DNA of 35,073 nucleotides from a virus (lineage: Duplodnaviria > Caudoviricetes): positions 1 to 35,073 of IMG/VR virus record IMGVR_UViG_3300023055_000154, one strand, 5' to 3'. The notes under the pieces were generated by a model. That model saw nothing but the letters and a program-made list of their open reading frames with translations. It made no database searches and was not told the DNA's origin. Position 1 is the stretch's first letter. Each line of letters begins with the position of its first letter. Positions 17,546 through 26,377 of this stretch are shown here, piece by piece. A program made the translations under genes and the position numbers.

Positions 17546-17614
17546 TGTTCCAAATGTGACAGTCGTTCCAAATGTTCCAAACGTATCATTTTAAATAATA
17601 TACAGTGTAAAATG
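17546..17614 (+). promoter_or_regulatory. Putative late promoter: tandem 9-bp activator-binding repeats and a -10 element
   Basis: TGTTCCAAA-TGTGACAGT-CGTTCCAAA-TGTTCCAAA-CGTATCATT (17546-17590), then TAAAAT at 17609-17614 with no good -35. Confidence 0.6.
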
Positions 17615-17620
17615 AAGGGG

Positions 17621-17870
17621 AGGTCGGACAGGTAAATCTTTCTTCCCTTGGTATTTATAAATTATCAAATATCAGGGACAGACAGACCGATGACCGACCT
17701 GCGCTTGACAGACTAGTTCGGAGTGTGTGAGGAATGAGCTAACTCGACAATTAAATATTTTACCGTAGTAGACGAGCCTTATCCCTAGCAATGCATATCA
17801 AAATTTTGAATTTACTGTTTTATGGGATTAATATTTTGTAAGAACTTGGCATCTGAATGGATGCCTTTTT
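17621..17870 (+). ncRNA. Candidate structured late-leader RNA (~250 nt)
   Basis: No ORF. Long stem closed by AGGTCGG (17621-17627)/CCGACCT (17694-17700); ends in the terminator GGCATC-TGAATG-GATGCC-TTTTT. Confidence 0.4.
17848..17870 (+). terminator. Intrinsic terminator
   Basis: GGCATC...GATGCC stem followed by a T-run. Confidence 0.7.
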
Positions 17871-17954
17871 CTTTTGCCCTGAAAAAATAGCATCGTTTTG
17901 TAGTATGACAAAAATCTCCGTTCAGCTAAAATTAGCTTGAGGGGAGGTGTGGAT

Positions 17955-18112
17955 ATGACTAAAAAATAGACACTGTTTATTTAGTACACAAATTAGTAAG
18001 TGGTTTTCCTTTTCACGAAGTTTTAGTTGGTTGCTATAGCACGCTAGAAAAAGCTGAAGAAGAAAAAACAAAATACGAAATAGCACGCATTCAAGAAATC
18101 GAAGTAGAGTAA
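17955..18112 (+). pseudogene. Small phage gene frameshifted in an A6 tract
   Basis: Strong RBS GGGGAGGTG, then ATG ACT AAA AAA TAG. One extra A gives MTKKIDTVYLVHK...VGCYSTLEKAEEE...IQEIEVE*. Confidence 0.6.
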
Positions 18113-18141
18113 AATCAATTTCTACTAAAGGGGATGTTAAA

Positions 18142-18330
18142 ATGAATCCGGCAGAAAAGGTTGAGGAAGTTTTAAAAGAACTATTGCACTTTTTTAAAAG
18201 CTTGGACCATCTACCAGAAATGAATAGTATTGATGAAGTAATGTGTATTGGCAGTCATCTGGCCCTTGGGGCAGATATTGTAGATGAAACAATACAAAAT
18301 TTAAATGAGTTAATAAGTGCTAATCAATAA
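18142..18330 (+). CDS. Hypothetical acidic protein
   Basis: RBS AAGGGG; followed by the terminator AGTCACG...CGTGGCT-TTT (18338-18363). Confidence 0.65.
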   Translation: MNPAEKVEEVLKELLHFFKSLDHLPEMNSIDEVMCIGSHLALGADIVDETIQNLNELISANQ

Positions 18331-18630
18331 TTTTTCTAGTCACGTTCTATGAGCGTGGCTTTTATTATGCTTTGAAAACTGCATCGAACAGCCAATTAAA
18401 CAAAAAAGTAACCTAAATTGGCGACAATGTTAATTGGTGGTATGGAACAGGAAGTGCTTTTCTGGTTTAGGGTATGCCCTCCATTGGATTGATGCAAAGC
18501 ATGAAGTGACCTTCGTGTCCCTTCTTTTTTGTCTTCAGCGCTAAACTTTATGGGATTATATAGAATAATTATGTATAATATAAGTGGTTATAGTATTTTA
18601 TTCCATAAGAAGAGAGGCGGAGTTTTTATT

Positions 18631-19131
18631 ATGAAAATAACGAAATATCGTATTTTTATAGATGCTCAAAAAGAAACAGATTGGTTAAATGAAATGGCAG
18701 CTAAAGGATACGAACTTAAGAAAACAAATGGGTTCTCCTATCGCTTTAAACAGTCTGAAGAAAAAAAACAATATAAGGTCGTTTATACAATAAATAAAGA
18801 AGAAGCTAGTTCATTTATGTCGGAAGAGAACGGAATTCTTTGTAAAGCTTTTATAAATGGGTACGCATATTTTGAAAGTAAATCCTCTAACGAATCATTG
18901 TTATTCAATAATAATTTAAGTCAACAAATAAAACTACTAAAAAATAGACAAGCAACTCTATCATTTATACTAGCATTTAATATTTTTATGGGGACTTTAC
19001 TACTTTACACTAGCCCACATTTAATATGGTTTATTATTCTGCCGTTATTAATTGTCACAGCAATTGGATATGCGCAATTAAGAATTCAGTCTGTAATTAA
19101 TAAAATCAATCAACAAATAAGGTTTAATTAA
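18631..19131 (+). CDS. DUF2812-like membrane protein (moron)
   Basis: KETDWLNEMAAKGYELKK motif and two C-terminal TM helices. ATG 18631 follows GAGG/GGAG. Confidence 0.72.
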   Translation: MKITKYRIFIDAQKETDWLNEMAAKGYELKKTNGFSYRFKQSEEKKQYKVVYTINKEEASSFMSEENGILCKAFINGYAYFESKSSNESLLFNNNLSQQIKLLKNRQATLSFILAFNIFMGTLLLYTSPHLIWFIILPLLIVTAIGYAQLRIQSVINKINQQIRFN

Positions 19132-19289
19132 ACAATAACGAAATGTTACAAATATGCCCAAACTTATCTTTTCAATCTACAGTGTAAAATCGGTGTAGGG
19201 CGGAGTTTGGTGTGGTTTTGGGAGTGGAATTTGTAGAAAATTGTTCCAATTTATTTACTCGCAAAGTATGATTGATTTGGGTGATAAAT

Positions 19290-19976
19290 ATGGAAAATAA
19301 TAATTCAATAGAAGAACAAAATGAAAACCTAAAAAAAAAGAAGAGATGGAAATTTGAATGGAGAAATCAGGATTGGGTATGGCTTGTGCTGATTCTGGTT
19401 GCAATAATTTATTTCATTTCAACCTTCAGACTTGCCGATAATATTCAGGTCGTCGATTTATTTTCATTTATATCTAGTTCAGTTTCTATCGCTTTAGCTC
19501 TAGTAGCAATTTTTTATTCATGGAAACAAGATAGTGATAACAGAAGAGTAAATGATAATGTTTCTACAATATTACATAATATTGTATATGAGATGGGTTC
19601 AGTCAAAAATTCAGTTGATAAGATAACTAGTAATGATATTGACACAATAGCCCAAAGTACTTTAGAAGAGGAAATTATTGAAGTGGATAGACAGCCTTCT
19701 TATAGTGCTGACGAAGTTAAAAAGATAGTTGAAGAAGCTTTAAATAATTTTAGCCAAAATGTTAAAACAAAAGTGGGAAAAGTTGATGATAATAATAATT
19801 CCTTAGTAAGTGCAATAAAAAATTATATAAAGCTTAAGGAAATGATTAATGAAATATCGAATGAAAAGAATGGTGAATTCAAAAGTCTGAAATATGTTCA
19901 GAAAGAACTTTTGAAAAGACACGGGATAGAGCTTTCACCAGGTCAAATTGTGCAAATTATGACTAATAAGTTTTAA
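19290..19976 (+). CDS. Two-TM membrane protein with cytoplasmic helical tail (moron)
   Basis: Two hydrophobic segments (WVWLVLILVAIIYFI; FSFISSSVSIALALVAIFYSW); AT-rich; own terminator at 19992-20018. Confidence 0.75.
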   Translation: MENNNSIEEQNENLKKKKRWKFEWRNQDWVWLVLILVAIIYFISTFRLADNIQVVDLFSFISSSVSIALALVAIFYSWKQDSDNRRVNDNVSTILHNIVYEMGSVKNSVDKITSNDIDTIAQSTLEEEIIEVDRQPSYSADEVKKIVEEALNNFSQNVKTKVGKVDDNNNSLVSAIKNYIKLKEMINEISNEKNGEFKSLKYVQKELLKRHGIELSPGQIVQIMTNKF

Positions 19977-20132
19977 TTTTTAGGTACCTTAAAAGATGTC
20001 GATTAGATGTCTTTTTTTCTTTTACCCTGAAAAGGGAGTATCGAGCAGAGTTTCCCATCCCCTTGATTCGTCGGTACTTGCTTTTGAGAGTGAAATACAT
20101 AACTGAATTGTTGGAGGTGGTGTTTATGAGAT

Positions 20133-20972
20133 ATGGCTAATTGGGATGAAATAAAACAGGAGTGGGAAACCACAAAAATTACATTGGCCAAGCTTGCTGA
20201 AAAACATGGGATAAAGCTTGGTACATTAAAGAGTCGTAAGAGCCGTGAGAAATGGTCAAGGGATGCAACTAAAATAGCAAAGGTTGCAACCGTAAAAGAG
20301 GATGCATCCGAAAAGGAAATAATCTATTTTACGGAAGATGATAAAAGTGGATTGAACGATAAGCAACGACTATTTATCGCTTATTACGTGAAGTGTTGGA
20401 ATGCTACCAAGGCTTATCAAAAAGCTTATGGATGTGCTTATACAACAGCAAGAACAGAAGGCTCAAGATTACTTGCAAATCCTAACATTCGTGAGGAAAT
20501 CATAAAGGTGCGAGATGGATTAACAGAGGATGCACTGCTTGACAAGCGCACACTTATCCAAAAATGGATAGACATAGCCTTTGCTGACATAACTGATTAT
20601 GTGAAGTTTGGGAGGCAAGAAGAAGTCTTGTACAACGATGAGGGTCAACCAGAGCTAGACATGCATGGCAACGTTAAGACCTATGCATTTAACTATGTGC
20701 ATCTGAATGAATCAGCCGAACTTGACGGTTCTCTCGTTACAGAGGTTAAGCAAGGCAAAGACGGTATCAGTGTTAAACTTGCTGATAAGATGAAAGCTAT
20801 GGAGTTTTTATCGAAACACTTGGATTTGCTCAACGAGAATGAGCGTAAGCAGCTGCAAAACGAGCAGGCGAAGTTGAGTATTAAAAAGACCAAAGTAGAA
20901 ATTGAAAAGCTGGGTTCAGGTGAACAAAATGGACCGATTGAAATCAAAATTATCGGTAAAAAATCCAAATAG
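20133..20972 (+). CDS. terS: Terminase small subunit
   Basis: N-terminal HTH (LAKLAEKHGIKLGTLKSRKSREKW); LNDKQRLF..YY...NATKAYQKAYG, GSRLLANPNI, KLADKMKAMEFL. Confidence 0.93.
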   Translation: MANWDEIKQEWETTKITLAKLAEKHGIKLGTLKSRKSREKWSRDATKIAKVATVKEDASEKEIIYFTEDDKSGLNDKQRLFIAYYVKCWNATKAYQKAYGCAYTTARTEGSRLLANPNIREEIIKVRDGLTEDALLDKRTLIQKWIDIAFADITDYVKFGRQEEVLYNDEGQPELDMHGNVKTYAFNYVHLNESAELDGSLVTEVKQGKDGISVKLADKMKAMEFLSKHLDLLNENERKQLQNEQAKLSIKKTKVEIEKLGSGEQNGPIEIKIIGKKSK

Positions 20973-21112
20973 TTTTATGCAAGAAATGTTGGGAAATAAA
21001 TTCGGACAGCTTGCTTAAAGCCTGATAAATCAACGATGTATAAAATCTTGCATAATCAATAAAAAGCGAAGTTATAAGAACGTTGATACATCAACGGTTT
21101 ATAAAAGTACCA

Positions 21113-21140
21113 ACTTCCTAAAAGTGCAATTATGTTAACT
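21113..21140 (+). other. dif-like Xer recombination/binding site 1
   Basis: ACTTCCTAAAA-GTGCAA-TTATGTTAACT versus B. subtilis dif ACTTCCTAGAA-TATATA-TTATGTAAACT: one mismatch per arm, 6-bp spacer. Confidence 0.75.
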
Positions 21141-21183
21141 AAAAACGAATGTGATATTCAATTTCTGCATAAAAAAAGCAACC

Positions 21184-21624
21184 TTAATTGGCTGCTTTTT
21201 TGTCATCGTGTTCTAATCCTAGAGCATCTTTGAGAGAAGCTTGGAGAATTTGAGAGAAGTTAAGTCCGGCATCTTCAGCTGCATCTCTTAACCATCGTGG
21301 AAGAGTACAATTTTTTGTTACAGCTTTATTAGCTGCCTCATTCCGATAAGGTGGCATATAAACATCAACGAATATAATTCGATCAGTAGTGTCGAATAAC
21401 TCAATCTTGTCAGGAGCTGAAGGAGCAGGAATTGGTGAATCCTTCTCTTCTAATTCGAGAATTCGGAATGCCAACATCTCTTTTGCTTCTTTAATACCTG
21501 TTGAAATATCTTCAGCAGTTATTGCTGTCCCAGGAAAATCAGGGAAGTAAAACGAGTAATTACTTTCAGCTACTTCAGCAACAACTGGATAGATAAAATG
21601 ATTTGGATATCTCAAAGTAAACAC
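21184..21624 (-). CDS. hicB: HicB-family antitoxin
   Basis: YSFYFPDFPGTAIT...EAKEML...PIPAPS; C-terminal RHH-like KNCTLPRWL...AGLNFSQILQASL. Confidence 0.92.
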   Translation of the reverse strand: MFTLRYPNHFIYPVVAEVAESNYSFYFPDFPGTAITAEDISTGIKEAKEMLAFRILELEEKDSPIPAPSAPDKIELFDTTDRIIFVDVYMPPYRNEAANKAVTKNCTLPRWLRDAAEDAGLNFSQILQASLKDALGLEHDDKKAAN

Positions 21625-21691
21625 CTCTTCTTTTTAAATTTGAATTAAATAATGATCTATGGAGGTAAGGATTAGGCAAAGCAGAGAGGGG

Positions 21692-21907
21692 TTAGAACTT
21701 AACCCCTGAAGTCTGCTCGATACTCTTTAGAGTACCACGTTTGATAACTTCACCATCTCGTTTATAACTTATGTCAGCGAATCGAGTTGGGTCATCTTGG
21801 TGTATGTACCTTTGATGACTTCCTCCACCCTTATGTGTGGGGGATTTTATGAATCCGTTCTTCTTTAACTTTTGAAGAACTTCTCTTACGGTCACTTGCT
21901 TACCCAT
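21692..21907 (-). CDS. hicA: HicA-family mRNA interferase toxin
   Basis: REVLQKLKKNGF...GGSHQRYIH...IKRGTLKSIEQTSG, with the catalytic His in GSH; upstream of hicB. Confidence 0.92.
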   Translation of the reverse strand: MGKQVTVREVLQKLKKNGFIKSPTHKGGGSHQRYIHQDDPTRFADISYKRDGEVIKRGTLKSIEQTSGVKF

Positions 21908-21930
21908 TACCTTACCTCCTTTCTATACCA

Positions 21931-21998
21931 ATTATAACACGCATAATTAATGCGTGTCTACATAAAAATGAAAAAATATGCGTGTTTTTTATGCGTGT
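21931..21998 (-). promoter_or_regulatory. hicAB promoter with putative HicB operator
   Basis: Minus-strand TAGACA-N18-TATAAT (21960-21931). Inverted repeat ACACGCAT-N5-ATGCGTGT (21937-21957) in the spacer; extra ATGCGTGT half-sites at 21978 and 21991. Confidence 0.7.
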
Positions 21999-22019
21999 TA
22001 ATGAAAGGGGGTTGAGTAA

Positions 22020-23300
22020 ATGGCATCTGCAATTGAAAAAGAAGTGAATCCGCATTTTGAAGACTTCCTTTTCGATTGGCGTTGTAAAACTCAACTCCTA
22101 GTCGGTGGGTATGGTTCTTCAAAATCCTATCACGTAGCACTTAAGATACTTTTAAAACTACTCCAGGAAAAACGTACAGCTCTTGTCGTTCGTGAAGTTT
22201 ACGATACGCACAGGGACAGTACGTTTTCTTTATTTTGTGAGATTATCGAGGACTTAGGGTTAGGTGGCAAGATAAAAACAAGTTCATCACCAATGACAGT
22301 TAGGTTTCCCAACGGTTCTAAGATAATCTTCCGAGGTATGGATAAGCCAGAGAAGCTAAAATCCATTAACAACATTTCACTTATCTGGTTAGAAGAATGT
22401 TCAGAAATCAAATACGCTGGCTTTAAAGAATTGCTTGGCCGTTTGCGACATCCAACACTAGACCTGTTTATGATTTTGTCAACAAACCCTGTATCTAAAG
22501 ATAACTGGGTGTACACTCACTTTTTCATCGATGAAGAAAATGAACGTACAGTTTTAGATGATGAACGTTTATACAAAGAGCGTACAATCATCCAAGACGA
22601 GGTTTATTATCATCACTCAGTTGCTGATGATAATCTGTTTCTTCCCCAGTCGTATATAGATCAACTAGAAGAAATGAAAGACTATGATCCTGACCTTCAC
22701 AGGATAGCGAGGTATGGCAAATTCGGAGTTAACGGTAAATTAGTGCTGCCGCAGTTAGAAGAGTGGGACCATGAAGATGTCATGAGAGACATCAACAGTA
22801 TGCGAAAACCGTTATTTAAAAACGGTATGGACTTTGGTTTTTCTGAATCATCCAATGCTGTCTCTCGTATGTGTGTAGATACAGAAAAGGAATGGTTATA
22901 TGTATGGGATGAGTATTACACGAAAGGTAAAACCGACCCAGAAATTGCTGCTGATTTAGAGGCAAAGGGGTTAAGGAAAACTTTAATGAAAGGTGATAAT
23001 GCAGAAGCTAAAACCATCTTTTACTTACAACAAAAAGGCTTCCGAATATTGCCTTGTTATAAATTAACTCGTATAGAAAATACAAAAAAAATGAAACGAT
23101 TTAAGAAGATCATCATATCTAGAAACTGCCCTAATCACATTCGAGAATTAAAGCCTCTTACTATTAAAATTGACCCTCGAACAGGAAAAGAGATACCAGG
23201 GGAATTTAATATTGACCCACATACGTTTTCAGCGATGTGGTATGGACTTGATGATTACGAAGTAGCTAATGTTAAAGGCTACAATGCAAAACGAAAGTAG
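22020..23300 (+). CDS. terL: Terminase large subunit, PBSX/SPP1 family
   Basis: Walker A GGYGSSKS, Walker B IWLEE, STNP, nuclease GMDFGF. Confidence 0.95.
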   Translation: MASAIEKEVNPHFEDFLFDWRCKTQLLVGGYGSSKSYHVALKILLKLLQEKRTALVVREVYDTHRDSTFSLFCEIIEDLGLGGKIKTSSSPMTVRFPNGSKIIFRGMDKPEKLKSINNISLIWLEECSEIKYAGFKELLGRLRHPTLDLFMILSTNPVSKDNWVYTHFFIDEENERTVLDDERLYKERTIIQDEVYYHHSVADDNLFLPQSYIDQLEEMKDYDPDLHRIARYGKFGVNGKLVLPQLEEWDHEDVMRDINSMRKPLFKNGMDFGFSESSNAVSRMCVDTEKEWLYVWDEYYTKGKTDPEIAADLEAKGLRKTLMKGDNAEAKTIFYLQQKGFRILPCYKLTRIENTKKMKRFKKIIISRNCPNHIRELKPLTIKIDPRTGKEIPGEFNIDPHTFSAMWYGLDDYEVANVKGYNAKRK

Positions 23301-23308
23301 GTGAAAAC

Positions 23309-24775
23309 ATGGATGAAAAACTAACGATCCGTCAACAGATGGATGATTTTAAAGCGTACATACCGTATTTAGACGAATACGGCATCAACGAGACTATTCT
23401 TGCTCAGTTAATCAACGAGCATAAGCCAATTAGGCGCGAAGTAGAGATGTTGCAGAAAAGATATGACACAACAGACGTACCAATTATGAAGCGTCCAATC
23501 ATAGAGCTTCCAATAGCTAGTGAAAATATGAAACGTATTGACCAGCTAATTAACAACAAGCTCAACAATGCCTTTGATGCAGATGTAGTGGACACAAAAG
23601 TCGGATACTTTCTTGGGCACCCGATTAATTATGTAGTAGAAAAGGAGTCACATAACTTCAAGATACTTACTGCTACAATTGATGAAATGCGTATACGTGA
23701 GAACATGCCTGCAAAGGACACATCTACAGGCATGCAGACTTCTATAGCTGGCTATGGTGCTAGGTTAGTTTACTGGTCCGAGGACAGCGGTAAACAGGTG
23801 CTACGAGTATCAAATGTTAACCCAGCTGAGTGTATATTCTTGTATCACGAAAACATGCATGAACCTTCTTACTCTATCCAGTATTATTCGACAACACGTA
23901 TAAAAGCTGATGGAACCAAAATGAAGATACAAGTAGCAGAATTTCATGATAAGGATAATACCTGGTTTTTCGAGAGTGGAACAAGTGGTTTTGAGTTAGT
24001 AGATGTTATACCTCACTACTTGTTGAATCCACCTTTATTTGGTGTAGAGAACAATGATGCTCTGCAAGGTGAAGCATCTAAAATACTCGCCCTAGTAGAT
24101 GCCTATGACCGCACTATGAGTGACGCAAACAGCGAGGTAGAAGCTACACGATTAGCTATTCTTATCTTGCGGAACATTGGTATGGACGATGAAGACATAC
24201 AGCAACTTAATAAATCAGGTGCACTTGAGCTATGGGGACCTGACTCGGATGTAAAGTACCTGACGAAAGATGTAAATGATTCGATGATTGAGCATTTACT
24301 AGATCGTCTTGATGAAAATATCACTCGTTTTGCAAAGAGTGTGAATTTCAACGATGAGGCTTTTGCTGGGAATATCAGCGGAATTGCAATGCGCTTCAAA
24401 ATCTTTGCACTTGAGTTCAAAACAATCTTAGCAGAGCAGCGTTTCAGAAGTGCTTTGACCTATCAGTTTAAATTGCTCTGTGCTGGATGGTCATTACTGA
24501 ATATCTGTAGCCCTGATGACTATCTCAAAATTTGGTTTGGTTTCAAGCGTAACCTACCATCAAACCTGAAGGAAGAGGCAGAGATACAGTCGATACTACA
24601 AGGCAGGGTATCAGAGCGTACACGCTTGTCGTTATTCAGTCAAATTGATGATGTAGAGGCGGAACTGGAGGCCATGAAACAAGAGAAGTCCGAGTTCCAG
24701 GGAGAGTTTGAAGACTTGAAACGTAAGGACATTGATGATTCAGATAAAAATGATGAAACAAATGAAGATGAATAG
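23309..24775 (+). CDS. Portal protein, SPP1 gp6-like
   Basis: NNKL...VDTKVGYFLGHPI, LVDAYD, FAGNISGIAMRFK, FKRNLP; follows terL. Confidence 0.93.
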   Translation: MDEKLTIRQQMDDFKAYIPYLDEYGINETILAQLINEHKPIRREVEMLQKRYDTTDVPIMKRPIIELPIASENMKRIDQLINNKLNNAFDADVVDTKVGYFLGHPINYVVEKESHNFKILTATIDEMRIRENMPAKDTSTGMQTSIAGYGARLVYWSEDSGKQVLRVSNVNPAECIFLYHENMHEPSYSIQYYSTTRIKADGTKMKIQVAEFHDKDNTWFFESGTSGFELVDVIPHYLLNPPLFGVENNDALQGEASKILALVDAYDRTMSDANSEVEATRLAILILRNIGMDDEDIQQLNKSGALELWGPDSDVKYLTKDVNDSMIEHLLDRLDENITRFAKSVNFNDEAFAGNISGIAMRFKIFALEFKTILAEQRFRSALTYQFKLLCAGWSLLNICSPDDYLKIWFGFKRNLPSNLKEEAEIQSILQGRVSERTRLSLFSQIDDVEAELEAMKQEKSEFQGEFEDLKRKDIDDSDKNDETNEDE

Positions 24776-24786
24776 GTGGTGGCTAC

Positions 24787-25842
24787 ATGGACCAACTAGA
24801 AATCTTTGAACGATTGCAAAAGATACTTGAAGAATACGAGAAATCGTTTGATAAGCATTACTCTCGCTTGCAAAGCAGAATGGTTGAGAGTTTACAAGAA
24901 GCTTATGAGAAGTTTGGAAACAACCTATCAGAATACCGTAAATACAGTCGATTACAAGCGTTGGTAAAGCAATTGGATGGCATATCTTCAGCAGAGTATC
25001 AGAAGCTGTTAGAAGAAGCCTTAAAGATGCAAGAAGAGACGTTTGATATGACGTTTTTACTTTACACCTATCTGATTTACATGTACCTAAGCAACGAGGA
25101 AGGTAAATTACTGAATATCACAAGTGCAGCAGCCGGTACAAGCGCAGCAGTTGCTATTATCTACTGGTTGTTGAAGAATCGTAAACGTCTACGGAGTGAG
25201 TTTTTAAAAGAGTCAGAGTATGAAACTTTGCTCAGATTTAAAAAGCACAAAGATGATTATATATATAGCGTCTTCATGGATACGCAAGACAACCTGAAAG
25301 CAGAGGCAGATTTTACGGCTACTTCTAAGCAAGCTAAAAAGCGTACTCAATCAGCCAGAAACAACGGAATTAAACGGCTGCAGGAGATGTTTAACAGCAC
25401 AGTTAACTATGTGCAAGATAAAATATATGATGCTCTCAAAGGCAAGGTTGAAGGTGTAGAAAAGATGTGGATCTCCATGAGAGATATGCAGGTAAGGCAA
25501 GCACACCGAATACTAGATAGCCAATTTGCCGATGAAGAAGGCTACTTCCATTATGATGGCGATAGAGCCAAGCGCCCGAAACTGTGGAAAGACCCTTCAA
25601 TGAATTACGGCTGTCGTTGCAAGATAATTCTTCTTTTTGGTGGAAGAAATCCAATGTTTAGTCGTGTACATGATTATCAGGATCCACATTACCAAATAAA
25701 ACTTGCAAAGCGCATCGATGAACTGTCGCCTAATAAAACATATCTTCAGTCATTAAAGCAGGCTCAAGATGAGATAAAGCCTCCTAAGAGAACAGTGCCG
25801 TACATTACGTTTAAAGATTGGCTTGAACAATATGGAGAGTAA
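24787..25842 (+). CDS. Minor head protein (SPP1 gp7/Mu gpF-like)
   Basis: KMWISMRDMQVRQAHRILD...NYGCRC...TFKDW; follows the portal gene. Confidence 0.82.
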   Translation: MDQLEIFERLQKILEEYEKSFDKHYSRLQSRMVESLQEAYEKFGNNLSEYRKYSRLQALVKQLDGISSAEYQKLLEEALKMQEETFDMTFLLYTYLIYMYLSNEEGKLLNITSAAAGTSAAVAIIYWLLKNRKRLRSEFLKESEYETLLRFKKHKDDYIYSVFMDTQDNLKAEADFTATSKQAKKRTQSARNNGIKRLQEMFNSTVNYVQDKIYDALKGKVEGVEKMWISMRDMQVRQAHRILDSQFADEEGYFHYDGDRAKRPKLWKDPSMNYGCRCKIILLFGGRNPMFSRVHDYQDPHYQIKLAKRIDELSPNKTYLQSLKQAQDEIKPPKRTVPYITFKDWLEQYGE

Positions 25843-25880
25843 AAAGCTTGAAAGTAGTGTTGAATAAATATTCACAAATA

Positions 25881-25909
25881 ACTTCCGATAATAATTAATT
25901 ATGTAAACT
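25881..25909 (+). other. dif-like Xer site 2
   Basis: ACTTCCGATAA-TAATTAA-TTATGTAAACT: right arm identical to the B. subtilis XerD/RipX arm, degenerate left arm, 7-bp spacer. Confidence 0.65.
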
Positions 25910-26126
25910 TGGTATTCTACGAAATGTTGATAAAACAGCGTTTGTAATGAGCATCGAAATTAAGTGTATACAATTTTTTATACATGCGTCACAAATCCTT
26001 TATTTACGTACACTTACAAATAGTAAATGGATAGAGATATTGATTAACTGTGTATAAAATCCTGTATATAATTCTTCATATCGAGCGAGAGGATTTGCTT
26101 GAGAAATAAGGAGAGGTGGTATAGAT

Positions 26127-26348
26127 ATGAATAAAACCCAAATGATCATATTATTAACAACTGTTATAGGTGGGATGGATGCAGCTGGTGTTAAGCCAAA
26201 GTTAAAATCTAGCGAAGGAGCCTTATTACAATATGAGCTTCTAAAATTAATTGAAGAAAATGGTGGAGAGGCAGCAGCTGAAGAAGTATTTGAAGATACC
26301 CTACATGAGGCTGTACAACAACTTTATAACGAAATTACAAAGGCGTAG
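26127..26348 (+). CDS. Hypothetical protein
   Basis: RBS GAGGTGG; followed by a short terminator-like hairpin with a T-run. Confidence 0.65.
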   Translation: MNKTQMIILLTTVIGGMDAAGVKPKLKSSEGALLQYELLKLIEENGGEAAAEEVFEDTLHEAVQQLYNEITKA

Positions 26349-26377
26349 AAATACGGCTTTTTATTTTTGCCTAAAAG

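Noticed and set aside
17546-17590. 9-bp tandem repeats as a mini-CRISPR or type III antitoxin array
   Set aside because: Units are too short and have no spacers; the position fits activator-binding repeats.
17620-18520. tRNA genes or a known self-cleaving ribozyme in the non-coding late leader
   Set aside because: I could not find a cloverleaf with a T-loop or hammerhead/pistol/twister core motifs by eye; a covariance-model search is needed to exclude them properly.
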